A stretch of 52,815 bases of DNA. Source: a virus (lineage: Duplodnaviria > Caudoviricetes). Both the position numbers and the translations under genes were made by a program. The DNA is taken from IMG/VR virus record IMGVR_UViG_3300042868_004895, positions 1 through 52,815 of that record; one strand, written 5' to 3'. The notes under the pieces were generated by a model, which worked only from the letters and a program-made list of their open reading frames with translations, was not told the DNA's origin and searched no databases. Positions 45,007-52,815 of the stretch are shown here, in pieces (positions within the stretch are counted from its first letter, which is position 1; the number at the start of each line of letters is the position of its first letter).

Positions 45007-45360
45007 TTACGCTCCCTCGGGTAGTGCGACCCACGCCAATGTATCTTCGTCCCAAGTGTATGTCTTGTCGTCATCTGGGTATGCCGTCGGCGCATACCAC
45101 AAACATGTTTCTTCGTCCAACGTCCATGATGGGAATGGCTGTTGCGGGATGAACGCATCGCGCTCTGCGTCGTATGTATAGCCGATCCCTGCGTAGTTCT
45201 TCCGCAGCGGACGGCCTTCAGGATGTTGACCACCATATGTGTTATATGAGGTCTGTACCCAAAGCGCAGGATCGCCAAACGCGCCTGTGTCGATGACATC
45301 CTGCTCGATAACTAGAACTTCGGTGACGATGCCGTCTTCTACTTTTGCAAAATGAGCCAT
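45007..45360 (-). CDS. Fibre-associated small protein, copy 1
   Basis: MAHFAKVEDGIVTEVLV..; AAGGA RBS. Confidence 0.8.
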   Translation of the reverse strand: MAHFAKVEDGIVTEVLVIEQDVIDTGAFGDPALWVQTSYNTYGGQHPEGRPLRKNYAGIGYTYDAERDAFIPQQPFPSWTLDEETCLWYAPTAYPDDDKTYTWDEDTLAWVALPEGA

Positions 45361-45369
45361 TGTACGTCC

Positions 45370-48300
45370 TTAGAATGTAATCGTGCCGGATGAGTTGAAC
45401 ACGTAAACCGTGTCACTGCCATCGGTGGTTATTGTTGGCGAACCTGTGGTCGCTGTTGCGGCTGAAGCTGTGGCTACGCGGATAATGACTACGCCTGAAC
45501 CGCCCGAGCCACTTATTGTGTAAGAACCACCGCCACCGCTTCCTGTGTTTGCAGTACCCGAAGTGTTGCCTGAACCGCCGCCACCAGCACCGCCAGCGCC
45601 AAACGCATTGTTACCACCGCCGCCGCCGCCGCCAGCGCGTGTAACCGATGTTCCTGTGATTGATGAGGCCAAACCAGCACCACCAGCACCACCATTGTCG
45701 CCAGAAGCAGCGGTACCGCCGACACTAGCACCGCCGCCACCGCCGCCAGAACGGGTCACACCAGCACTACCGCTACCCCCATTAAATCCTTGGCCAGATA
45801 CACCTGTGCCGCCAAAACCACTGCCAGTACCGCCGCCACCTGAGCCGCCAGCGCCACCAGTGATAGTGACGGCTGGTGTGCCCCCATAGCCCCCGCCTGT
45901 AGTAGTTACCGTTGTTGACCCAGAAATTACAGATGAGGAACCAATCGTATTTGACGCACCGCCAGCACCAACGGTGACGGCTATCGTCCCACCATTAAAA
46001 AGTGCCGTGCTGGTTAGATACCCACCTGCGCCGCCGCCACCACCGCCGCCTTGCCCACTACCGTTAGCCCCGCCGCCACCGCCACCTGCGATAACTAGAT
46101 AAGTAAAGGATACCGTGTTCTCAGCGACTACGCCGAACGTAGCTTTCCAAGCATCTGTGCCTGTCTTCATTAGTTGCACGGCTTGACCAGCGAAAATAGC
46201 TGGTGAGGACAACGCACTGGTACTGCCGTTTGCTTTTATGGTTACGCCTGATGATGACAAAACAATTTTGGCAGTGCCATCATTCACAATCGTGATTAAC
46301 GTCCCGATAGGGAATGCGACCGATGAGTTTAATGGCATAGTGATTGTCTGCGCACCTGTGTTGGCAGAATAAATATGCTTGCCAGCATCGCCAAGAACCA
46401 GCGTGTAGTCACCCGACTGGACGTTCTGCGGATAGGACACCGCGCTTGATGGGGCCGCTGCCGATGTCCATGTAGTACCATCACTCGTCAGCAAGTTTCC
46501 AGCAGTGCCCGGTGCGACAGTCTGAACCGCACTCGCACCATTCCCCAATACAACGGCATTTGCCGCCAGTGTGGTTGCGCCTGTGCCGCCGTTCGCTACA
46601 CCAAGCGTCCCTGACAGGTCGCTCGTTGGGATAGTGACCGAGGCGGTGAAGGGCGAGGTGCCGTTGCCCTTGATGTAGCCAGTTATGGTGGACACGCCCG
46701 TGCCGCCACCGGCCACTGCAATAACGCCACCGCTTGCGCCGCCGACTTGGGCAAACACGTCCCAAGTCGTGCCGCTGTAAACCAACTGCACGCTGACGCT
46801 GGAAATGTTGCAAATAAGGTCGGTGGCCGACCCCTCGATGGTTGAGCCGTTACGCCCGATTGTAAGGTTGTTCGTTGCCCATGTGCCGCCACTATCGGTA
46901 ACGATAACTTGGTCACCGACGGACGGAGTAGCTGGAAGCGTAACCGTGAAAGAGCCACCGGCAGTGCTGGTCTGCACGCCGTCGTTAGCGGCGGCGGTGA
47001 AGTTAGACGTCTTGACCGTAGTGTACGTGATGCCACCGGCTGCGGGGAGCTGCGACACCCACGCGGTGCCGTCGCTGGTCAAGACGTTTCCTGCGGTGCC
47101 GACTGCGGACAGCCCCGTGCCGCCGAGGCTAACAGCCACAGGAGCGGTTAGGCTGAATTGCGTGCCAGTTAGTGTCAGGCCCGCGCCAGCCGAGTAAATC
47201 TGCGCGGATGAAATCTGCGCGAATGTGATGTCTGTCGTACCAAACGTAATCGTACCCTGCGTATTGCAGGTGTAGGTCTCGCCTGCGCCGGTCGTGCCCT
47301 GCTGAACAAACACGGTCGAGCCTTCGCTCAGGCCGTCTGGGCTGGCGTTGACAAAAGTGTCCGCGTCACTGGAGCGTGTCAGCACCCAGTTTGTTGAGCC
47401 GGAACCTACGTTTGTTACGACATAGATGCCGTTCTGGGTCTCATCGGTCTGCTCATAAACAAGGACGCGGTCAGCGACGCTAACCGTCACGCCGTCGATA
47501 ACTAGCGCCGCTTGAGTGCCAGCATTAGTCAGGGTAGCGCCGACCCCAGCAGTGCCATTGTTGTATGTCGCGTTCAGATTGATGGGGCTTTCGACCCGCA
47601 CCGGCTGGTGGAAGTGAATGCCGCTTGAGGCTACTGTATCGACGTACTGTTTGTTGGCGATGTCATTGTTGCTGGCTGGGGCCGTGCTAACTGTACCTGT
47701 CGTGAGCGCGATTGACGTGATGTCGGTGTTCGCGCCTGAAGCCGCCGCGCTGAGGTTTGATCGTGCGGTGGCGGCCGTCGTTGCGCCAGTGCCGCCGTTG
47801 GCTATGGCGATAGAGCCCGAGATGTCTGCGCTGACAATGCTACGGAACGTGGGCGTGCCCGCCGCGCCGTCCGGTGCCGCGAGGACGGTGTTGGCCGTTT
47901 GCGTTGCGAAATTGGAAGGGAGGACGGCCAGCGTCCCTCCGAGTGTCAGCGAGCCTGTTGTCGTCACTGTGCCGCTCAGGTTCAGCCCGCTGACGGTGCC
48001 GGTGCCTGAGACTGACGTCACCGTACCTGTGTTCGACGTGTATCCTGCGGGGTTGCTTGCGGGATACGCGCCTAAGTTCGTCAGGGCCGTGGCCGCGTTT
48101 GTCGCGCCTGTACCGCCATTTGCAACGGCAAGCGTGCCGCCGAGAGTTAGCGTGCCTGTCGATGTGATCGGGCCGCCAGTGAACGATAGGCCAGTCGTGC
48201 CGCCGCTGGCGTCAACGCTGCTGACAGTGCCTGTGCCGCCCGTGGATGTGATGGTGAAGTTGGGATACGTGCCAGTTACGGACGTCAAGCCAGCGCCTGT

Positions 48301-49167
48301 CAGCGACACAATCTGGTCGGGCGCGGTGTTGACGACGTTAATGGAGCCGGACGACGTTATCGGGCCGCCAGATACGCTGATGCCTGTGCCTGCCGTCAAG
48401 TTTACGCTCGTGACGGTACCAGCCCCTGAAATCGTCTCCCATTGAGGCTCGTCCGTGCCGTTAGACACAAGAACTTGGCCAGCAACGCCGGGGTTGGTCA
48501 GCGCAAACTTCGAACCCGTCGAGTATACGACGGCACCGGCAACGGGAGAGAGGGCGTCGCCAGTGCCGCCGCGACCCAAGGGGAGCGCGCCTTGGGTTTG
48601 GGTTGCGTCGGAAAGGTCCACGGCTGGGTGGACGTGATCCCCGCGAGATACATTGGTAGCGGAGCCCGGCGACGGGACCCCGAGTGCCAAGGGCGTTGCC
48701 ACAGAAAAGTTGGCTGCGAGTGCTACGTTGTCGGCAAGCGAGCCGCCGCCTACTAGGCCCGGACCGGCCGTGATTGTGCGTGAGGTGGGCACGAAGCCCG
48801 TGGCGTCGAGTGCAACCGTGCTGGCGCTCGTGACGCGGCCCTTGGCGTCGACAGTGAGGATTGGGATGGCTGATCCCGAGCCGTACGTGCCTGCGGTGAC
48901 ACCCGTAAGTGCGAGCTGGTCGAAGCCAACGCCGCCGGGCGCAATCGAGATGACGCGGTTTTCGGACAAATCCCCGCCGCCTGCGAGGCCCGTGCCCGCC
49001 GCGATGACGCGCGTGGACGGCACTGCGCCAACGGCAGCGATATTTGCGAACTGGACCTTGTATGTCCGCCCCTCAAGGATGTACGGCAAGTAGCCGAGCG
49101 TACTCGAGCCCATGTACTCGGGCAAGCCAGTGATCGGCGTCGGGATTAAGTTGGTAGGTACACCCAC
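45370..49167 (-). CDS. Long tail fibre protein
   Basis: 1265 aa; VDAKGRVT, ANKQYVD, DRVLV..QNGIYVV, GGTG repeats, Gly-rich C-terminus. Confidence 0.85.
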   Translation of the reverse strand: MGVPTNLIPTPITGLPEYMGSSTLGYLPYILEGRTYKVQFANIAAVGAVPSTRVIAAGTGLAGGGDLSENRVISIAPGGVGFDQLALTGVTAGTYGSGSAIPILTVDAKGRVTSASTVALDATGFVPTSRTITAGPGLVGGGSLADNVALAANFSVATPLALGVPSPGSATNVSRGDHVHPAVDLSDATQTQGALPLGRGGTGDALSPVAGAVVYSTGSKFALTNPGVAGQVLVSNGTDEPQWETISGAGTVTSVNLTAGTGISVSGGPITSSGSINVVNTAPDQIVSLTGAGLTSVTGTYPNFTITSTGGTGTVSSVDASGGTTGLSFTGGPITSTGTLTLGGTLAVANGGTGATNAATALTNLGAYPASNPAGYTSNTGTVTSVSGTGTVSGLNLSGTVTTTGSLTLGGTLAVLPSNFATQTANTVLAAPDGAAGTPTFRSIVSADISGSIAIANGGTGATTAATARSNLSAAASGANTDITSIALTTGTVSTAPASNNDIANKQYVDTVASSGIHFHQPVRVESPINLNATYNNGTAGVGATLTNAGTQAALVIDGVTVSVADRVLVYEQTDETQNGIYVVTNVGSGSTNWVLTRSSDADTFVNASPDGLSEGSTVFVQQGTTGAGETYTCNTQGTITFGTTDITFAQISSAQIYSAGAGLTLTGTQFSLTAPVAVSLGGTGLSAVGTAGNVLTSDGTAWVSQLPAAGGITYTTVKTSNFTAAANDGVQTSTAGGSFTVTLPATPSVGDQVIVTDSGGTWATNNLTIGRNGSTIEGSATDLICNISSVSVQLVYSGTTWDVFAQVGGASGGVIAVAGGGTGVSTITGYIKGNGTSPFTASVTIPTSDLSGTLGVANGGTGATTLAANAVVLGNGASAVQTVAPGTAGNLLTSDGTTWTSAAAPSSAVSYPQNVQSGDYTLVLGDAGKHIYSANTGAQTITMPLNSSVAFPIGTLITIVNDGTAKIVLSSSGVTIKANGSTSALSSPAIFAGQAVQLMKTGTDAWKATFGVVAENTVSFTYLVIAGGGGGGANGSGQGGGGGGGAGGYLTSTALFNGGTIAVTVGAGGASNTIGSSSVISGSTTVTTTGGGYGGTPAVTITGGAGGSGGGGTGSGFGGTGVSGQGFNGGSGSAGVTRSGGGGGGASVGGTAASGDNGGAGGAGLASSITGTSVTRAGGGGGGGNNAFGAGGAGGGGSGNTSGTANTGSGGGGSYTISGSGGSGVVIIRVATASAATATTGSPTITTDGSDTVYVFNSSGTITF

Positions 49168-49169
49168 AG

Positions 49170-49481
49170 CTATTCGCCTCCGTAAATTAAAAAGTCGTCA
49201 AAGTCCTCGGTGACGAGGAATTGATTGCCGTTTTCCGTAATGACGCCGCTGGGGTTGGTCGGTATGGGCGCGTCCGTGCGCATGAACGGCAAAGTGATGT
49301 TTTCCGTCTGCCGAGCGGGCAAGCGGTACGGATCGAACTGATCGAGGTCGGCGTCGCAGACACGCAGGCCGGGGAAATTTAGGTCCGAATGCAGCATGTG
49401 CAGCGGAAACTTGCGGCTGCAGCGTGCGCAGATGCCGATGCCCAGCGTCGGGTTGCCGCGAGTGTTAAGAAAGACCGGCAT
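49170..49481 (-). CDS. CxxC protein, paralogue B
   Basis: GICARCSRKFPL..PGLRVC..DPYRLPAR. Confidence 0.75.
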   Translation of the reverse strand: MPVFLNTRGNPTLGIGICARCSRKFPLHMLHSDLNFPGLRVCDADLDQFDPYRLPARQTENITLPFMRTDAPIPTNPSGVITENGNQFLVTEDFDDFLIYGGE

Positions 49482-49711
49482 CAGCTCAGCGCCTCGTCAG
49501 GACGCGGGAACCGCAACGAAATCTGCTCACCGGCGCGTGCGGGCAAGCGATACGGGTCGTATTCGTCGAGGTCATCGCGGCACACTTTTAGGCCCGGACT
49601 GTTGCGGTCGCTCCACAACTCCTCCAGTGGGAATTTGCGCTTGCATCGGTCGCATATGCCAATGGCCAGCCACCTCTTTCCGCGTGTGTCAAGGAAGCCC
49701 TCTACTGGCAC
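49481..49711 (-). CDS. CxxC protein, paralogue A
   Basis: GICDRCKRKFPL..PGLKVC..DPYRLPAR. Confidence 0.7.
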   Translation of the reverse strand: MPVEGFLDTRGKRWLAIGICDRCKRKFPLEELWSDRNSPGLKVCRDDLDEYDPYRLPARAGEQISLRFPRPDEALS

Positions 49712-49715
49712 GGCC

Positions 49716-50702
49716 TTATCGCGTGTACATTGATATGTTTGGCAAGATCATCATCGGGCTGTTGTCCCGCTCTTCTTGCTGCGCGAAGTACAGGCTTTCC
49801 TTAGCCTTCGCGTCGAGCATTGAGATCATGCTTGGGTCGACTTCGATATACTCCAGCGCCAGACGCGCGGCGAGCATAGCCACAATCGCCTCGTACCAAC
49901 GCTGCGGCACTTCGATTTCTTGCGTCATGGTGCCTACGTCCATGATGTAGCGCTGACGCCACAGGACGATTTGGTACACTTCCGCCTCTTGATTGGGGAC
50001 CGGCCACATGTGCATCACTGGCTGCTGCACTTGACGGTCAAACCAGTACTGAAGTGGACGATTTGACTGGAAATATTTGTTCGGCAGGTTCGTGTAATCG
50101 TCGCGGTTGATGCGCGCCAGCGGGATTTCGGTCGGCATGTTGCCGAGATACACAAGACTGAAGCTCAAAGTGCCTGATGTCGCGCGTACGCGGAAATACG
50201 TTGTCGCGACGCTGCTTTCGAGGTCGAACCACGTCCACTGTCCGGCCGTTGCTGACGGTGTTTCTGTCTGGATGACGTCCCAAATCAGGCCGTCTTCGCT
50301 GCGCTCAAGGGCCAGCGGCACGGCGTCCGCCGCCCACTTGACGCCTACCGTGCTGACGAACGTCGGTGAGGTAAAGTTTACTTCACGTGCCGTTGACGTG
50401 TCGTAATTGATGCCGGTGACTTGCTGCAGCGTGCGCAAGTTGCTGTTCAGGACGTCGAGCGTGCCTGTGTCGAGGGTGATGTCGCCAACGCCGTTGTAGA
50501 GCGGGTATATTTGCTTGTCGATGCACCAGAGCTGGATGCCGCGATTGGACAGGTCCGACAGCAGCATGAAAAGCTGGTCGTTTGCGATGTCGACATGCTC
50601 GGGCGTCAACGACTGCGCGGGCAGTTTGCAGCGGCGCGCCGCGTTTTCAATAACTTTGCGGGTATTGAAAACCGTCTGCGATACTGTGTTTGAATAGGCC
50701 AT
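49716..50702 (-). CDS. Head completion/head-tail connector protein
   Basis: NRGIQLW, RINRDDYTNLPNK..RPLQYWFDRQ..WPVP, VPQRWYEA..LA. Confidence 0.65.
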   Translation of the reverse strand: MAYSNTVSQTVFNTRKVIENAARRCKLPAQSLTPEHVDIANDQLFMLLSDLSNRGIQLWCIDKQIYPLYNGVGDITLDTGTLDVLNSNLRTLQQVTGINYDTSTAREVNFTSPTFVSTVGVKWAADAVPLALERSEDGLIWDVIQTETPSATAGQWTWFDLESSVATTYFRVRATSGTLSFSLVYLGNMPTEIPLARINRDDYTNLPNKYFQSNRPLQYWFDRQVQQPVMHMWPVPNQEAEVYQIVLWRQRYIMDVGTMTQEIEVPQRWYEAIVAMLAARLALEYIEVDPSMISMLDAKAKESLYFAQQEERDNSPMMILPNISMYTR

Positions 50703-50779
50703 AAGTTTTTGCTCGCTGTTTCAACGCAGCAGCGCGCAAGCGTGAGCGCGCATTTCTGACCTGACCCGCATACACGAAA

Positions 50780-50807
50780 GCAGTCTCGGCTACAATACCG
50801 AGACTGC
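50780..50807 (-). terminator. Putative intrinsic terminator
   Basis: GCAGTCTCGG/CCGAGACTGC 10-bp stem followed by TTTCGTGT on the minus strand. Confidence 0.6.
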
Positions 50808-50818
50808 CTTAGATGTTA

Positions 50819-51253
50819 TTAGCACTTGCCCTTTGGCATTGCCATGAGGCCACCCTTGCTGCGCGGGATTGGGAGGCGTATCATCGGACGGTCGCTGTGC
50901 GCGGGAACGGCCTTCTTCTTCTTGGCGGCGAGGGCTCCGAGCTCAGCCATACTATTCATGCTTTTTGCTGGTGCCTTCTTGGCGGGGCTCACGCCGCCCG
51001 GTGTCATGCCGAGTTCTTTATCCGTCATACGGCGGCCAGAGCTGTCGGTTGGGCGGGTCGAAATGCCCTCGACTGGTGGCTTGCGGCCCTCCATGCGGCG
51101 ACCTTCTGCCGCGACTTCGGCAGCCGTCGCGCGTTTGCCGCGCTCGTTGTACACGCCGCCGCCATCAAACTTCTTTACGACGCCGCCAGTGGCTTTCTTC
51201 ACTGGTCCGCCGCACATGTACTTCACCTTGGTGCTGTCTTTGAAACCTTTCAT
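50819..51253 (-). CDS. Basic low-complexity protein with repeated xxGG motifs
   Basis: MKGFK..YMCGG..KATGG..FDGGG..SKGG. Confidence 0.7.
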   Translation of the reverse strand: MKGFKDSTKVKYMCGGPVKKATGGVVKKFDGGGVYNERGKRATAAEVAAEGRRMEGRKPPVEGISTRPTDSSGRRMTDKELGMTPGGVSPAKKAPAKSMNSMAELGALAAKKKKAVPAHSDRPMIRLPIPRSKGGLMAMPKGKC

Positions 51254-51254
51254 G

Positions 51255-51422
51255 TCACTTACCTTTCTTGCGGGCCGCAGCCATGTTATCAACGAGATTT
51301 GGATATGGTCGCCCGGCCGCCTTGGCGCGGGCCTTGGCGGATTTCTTCTTTTTGACCGATAAATCCTTCGGCTTTCCGAGATCCTTCGGGCGTTTCTTGT
51401 CCCAAACGGCTAAATCGCTCAT
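51255..51422 (-). CDS. Small basic protein (55 aa)
   Basis: MSDLAVWDKKRPK..AKARAKAAGRPYPNLVDNMAAARK. Confidence 0.65.
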   Translation of the reverse strand: MSDLAVWDKKRPKDLGKPKDLSVKKKKSAKARAKAAGRPYPNLVDNMAAARKKGK

Positions 51423-51423
51423 A

Positions 51424-51711
51424 TCAACAGTCCCATTTGCGTAGTGATAGGGCCTTGCGCGTCGGTCGACCCTTGTCGTCCTTCATCGGCCCCGGCATGC
51501 CAGACATTCTTGCGCAAAATGACTTGCGCCGCGCAGCGGATTTGGGTGATTTCTTCGCCTGTTTGGCCGAAACGGGTGGCTTGATGTCATGCCCCTGAGC
51601 GCGCAGCGATGCGCGCCCCTTGGCGTTAAGGCCACCCTCGGGGTTCTTACCCTCCTTGCGGGTCCATGCGCCTCCCTTGGCGCGCTTGACGGCAAGGTCG
51701 CTCATCATCAA
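51424..51711 (-). CDS. Basic protein (DUF6321-like)
   Basis: AWTRKEGKNPEGGLNAKGR..RRKSFCARM..LRKWDC. Confidence 0.75.
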   Translation of the reverse strand: MMMSDLAVKRAKGGAWTRKEGKNPEGGLNAKGRASLRAQGHDIKPPVSAKQAKKSPKSAARRKSFCARMSGMPGPMKDDKGRPTRKALSLRKWDC

Positions 51712-52115
51712 TCTGCGTAGGACTTAACCATCTCAAGGATGATTGTGTACGTATCACCTGCGGTCTGGTCGAGTGTCGAAAACTGAATATCGCCCGTCTT
51801 GCCTGCGCCTGCGTTGTTCCACAAACCGCCGAAACTTTCGTAATCGGAGACGTAGTTGTTGTTCTGCGGGACGACGGTGACAAGCACGTCGGTGGTCGCG
51901 TCCCAGTAAATGGCCACTTCCATGCCGTGCGTCATGGCGTAAATCTTTGTGATTGTAACGCCGTCGCAAGGCCGGTCAAAAGAACTGGGGAGGAGTGTCG
52001 ATACATCAACCTTGGTCACCTTGGTCTCGCCGGTGCCGTCGGAGATGTTCGTGAATTTCATGATGGCTTTGCGTTCGCCATCGAACAAGATTTGTGTTGC
52101 TACTGCGTCTGCCAT
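51708..52115 (-). CDS. Virion-region hypothetical protein
   Basis: MADAVATQIL..KFTNISDGTGE..TGDI.F..DTYTIILEM. Confidence 0.75.
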   Translation of the reverse strand: MADAVATQILFDGERKAIMKFTNISDGTGETKVTKVDVSTLLPSSFDRPCDGVTITKIYAMTHGMEVAIYWDATTDVLVTVVPQNNNYVSDYESFGGLWNNAGAGKTGDIQFSTLDQTAGDTYTIILEMVKSYAD

Positions 52116-52138
52116 CTGTGTGTTCCTTATAAAATGCG

Positions 52139-52171
52139 GCGGGTAGCAGGGACTTCCGATCCACTACCCGC
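52139..52171. other. Intergenic hairpin
   Basis: GCGGGTAG..CTACCCGC. Confidence 0.45.
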
Positions 52172-52196
52172 ACGCACTATATCATCGCGTTAACGA

Positions 52197-52640
52197 TTAG
52201 TCATCAGCCGTTGTTTGAACGTACAGCATGGTGACGCGAACTTGGCCTGCAGTCGGCTGACCGACTGAGGTTACAGTTGCGACAACCGCACGGTTCGTGC
52301 CAACATCGTCCATCGCAGCGAGCTGCGCAGCGCTGAAGCCGTTTGAACGGCGAGCTGCCGTCTTTACGCTGACTGCGCTGAGGTACTGCGTGCCGCCGGA
52401 AGCGGTACCGGCCGAAAGCGTGGCCGAAGTCGCGCTGTCGTAAGCCGTGAGAACGTCAACGTAGAAGTCAACAATCTGCGAAGACGCAGGGATGTTGAAC
52501 GTCGCGTTTTGTACCAGTGTGGCGTCGAAATTGATCAACGCGGTTTGGCTGAGATAGGCGAGGCCGAGGTTTGGGCCAAAGCTTTCGCCTGCGTTGCGGT
52601 CGCCAGAGGCGAGTGGTCCGCTCCAAGTAGTCTGTGACAT
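52197..52640 (-). CDS. Putative capsid decoration protein
   Basis: MSQTTWSGP; beta-rich; directly after the capsid gene; AAGGAG RBS. Confidence 0.65.
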   Translation of the reverse strand: MSQTTWSGPLASGDRNAGESFGPNLGLAYLSQTALINFDATLVQNATFNIPASSQIVDFYVDVLTAYDSATSATLSAGTASGGTQYLSAVSVKTAARRSNGFSAAQLAAMDDVGTNRAVVATVTSVGQPTAGQVRVTMLYVQTTADD

Positions 52641-52664
52641 TTAGTTTCTCCTTTAGAGAAGGGA

Positions 52665-52682
52665 GGGGGACCGAAGTCCCCC
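52665..52682 (-). terminator. Hairpin after the capsid gene
   Basis: GGGGGAC-TTCG-GTCCCCC followed by a pyrimidine run. Confidence 0.65.
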
Positions 52683-52689
52683 AACCCGA

Positions 52690-52815
52690 TTAGATGCCAG
52701 CCGTACCGTATACGCCGCGTGGATCGGTCCAACCGAAGTTGTAACGCTCAGTGGCCTTGTAGCGCATGCTGTCGGTTTCGAAATCACCTTCCATGCTCTT
52801 CTCAAGACCGCGACG
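52690..52815 (-). CDS. Major capsid protein C-terminus (5' truncated)
   Basis: RRGLEKSMEGDFETDSMRYKATERYNFGWTDPRGVYGTAGI*. Confidence 0.8.
   Translation of the reverse strand, partial: RRGLEKSMEGDFETDSMRYKATERYNFGWTDPRGVYGTAGI

Noticed and set aside
41150-47100. Diversity-generating retroelement or invertible fibre cassette
   Set aside because: No reverse transcriptase or recombinase; the repeats are direct and both copies are coding; the differences I inspected are not adenine-specific.

Overview
Nearly a whole circularly permuted genome of a GC-rich tailed dsDNA phage. Both window ends are cut inside head genes: the portal on the left and the major capsid protein on the right. It looks podovirus-like, with no tape measure or sheath but several ejection-type proteins. 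The host is probably an alphaproteobacterium, given the GapR/DUF2312 homologue. Minus strand 1-5007 carries portal, TerL and TerS. Plus strand 5303-21159 carries many small early genes and an APSE-type replication module (primase-helicase, DUF2800, DUF2815, GapR, PolA, VRR-NUC, SNF2). Minus strand 21122-52815 carries ejection proteins, tail, several modular fibres, a GH19 endolysin, an exported-protein trio and the capsid C-terminus. I found no integrase, tRNA, CRISPR array or reverse transcriptase. The most striking unexplained signal is an apparent RNA switch. Five sigma70-like early promoters, plus one promoterless copy, place the same leader (AUCAG[C/U]AAC..[A]GGAG[C/U]A) at about +1. The DNA polymerase 5' UTR folds into a 22-bp hairpin that hides its own Shine-Dalgarno and displays the antisense of that leader in its loop, and the leader C/U variants fall opposite G residues. 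All product calls come from motif recognition by eye, not from database searches.
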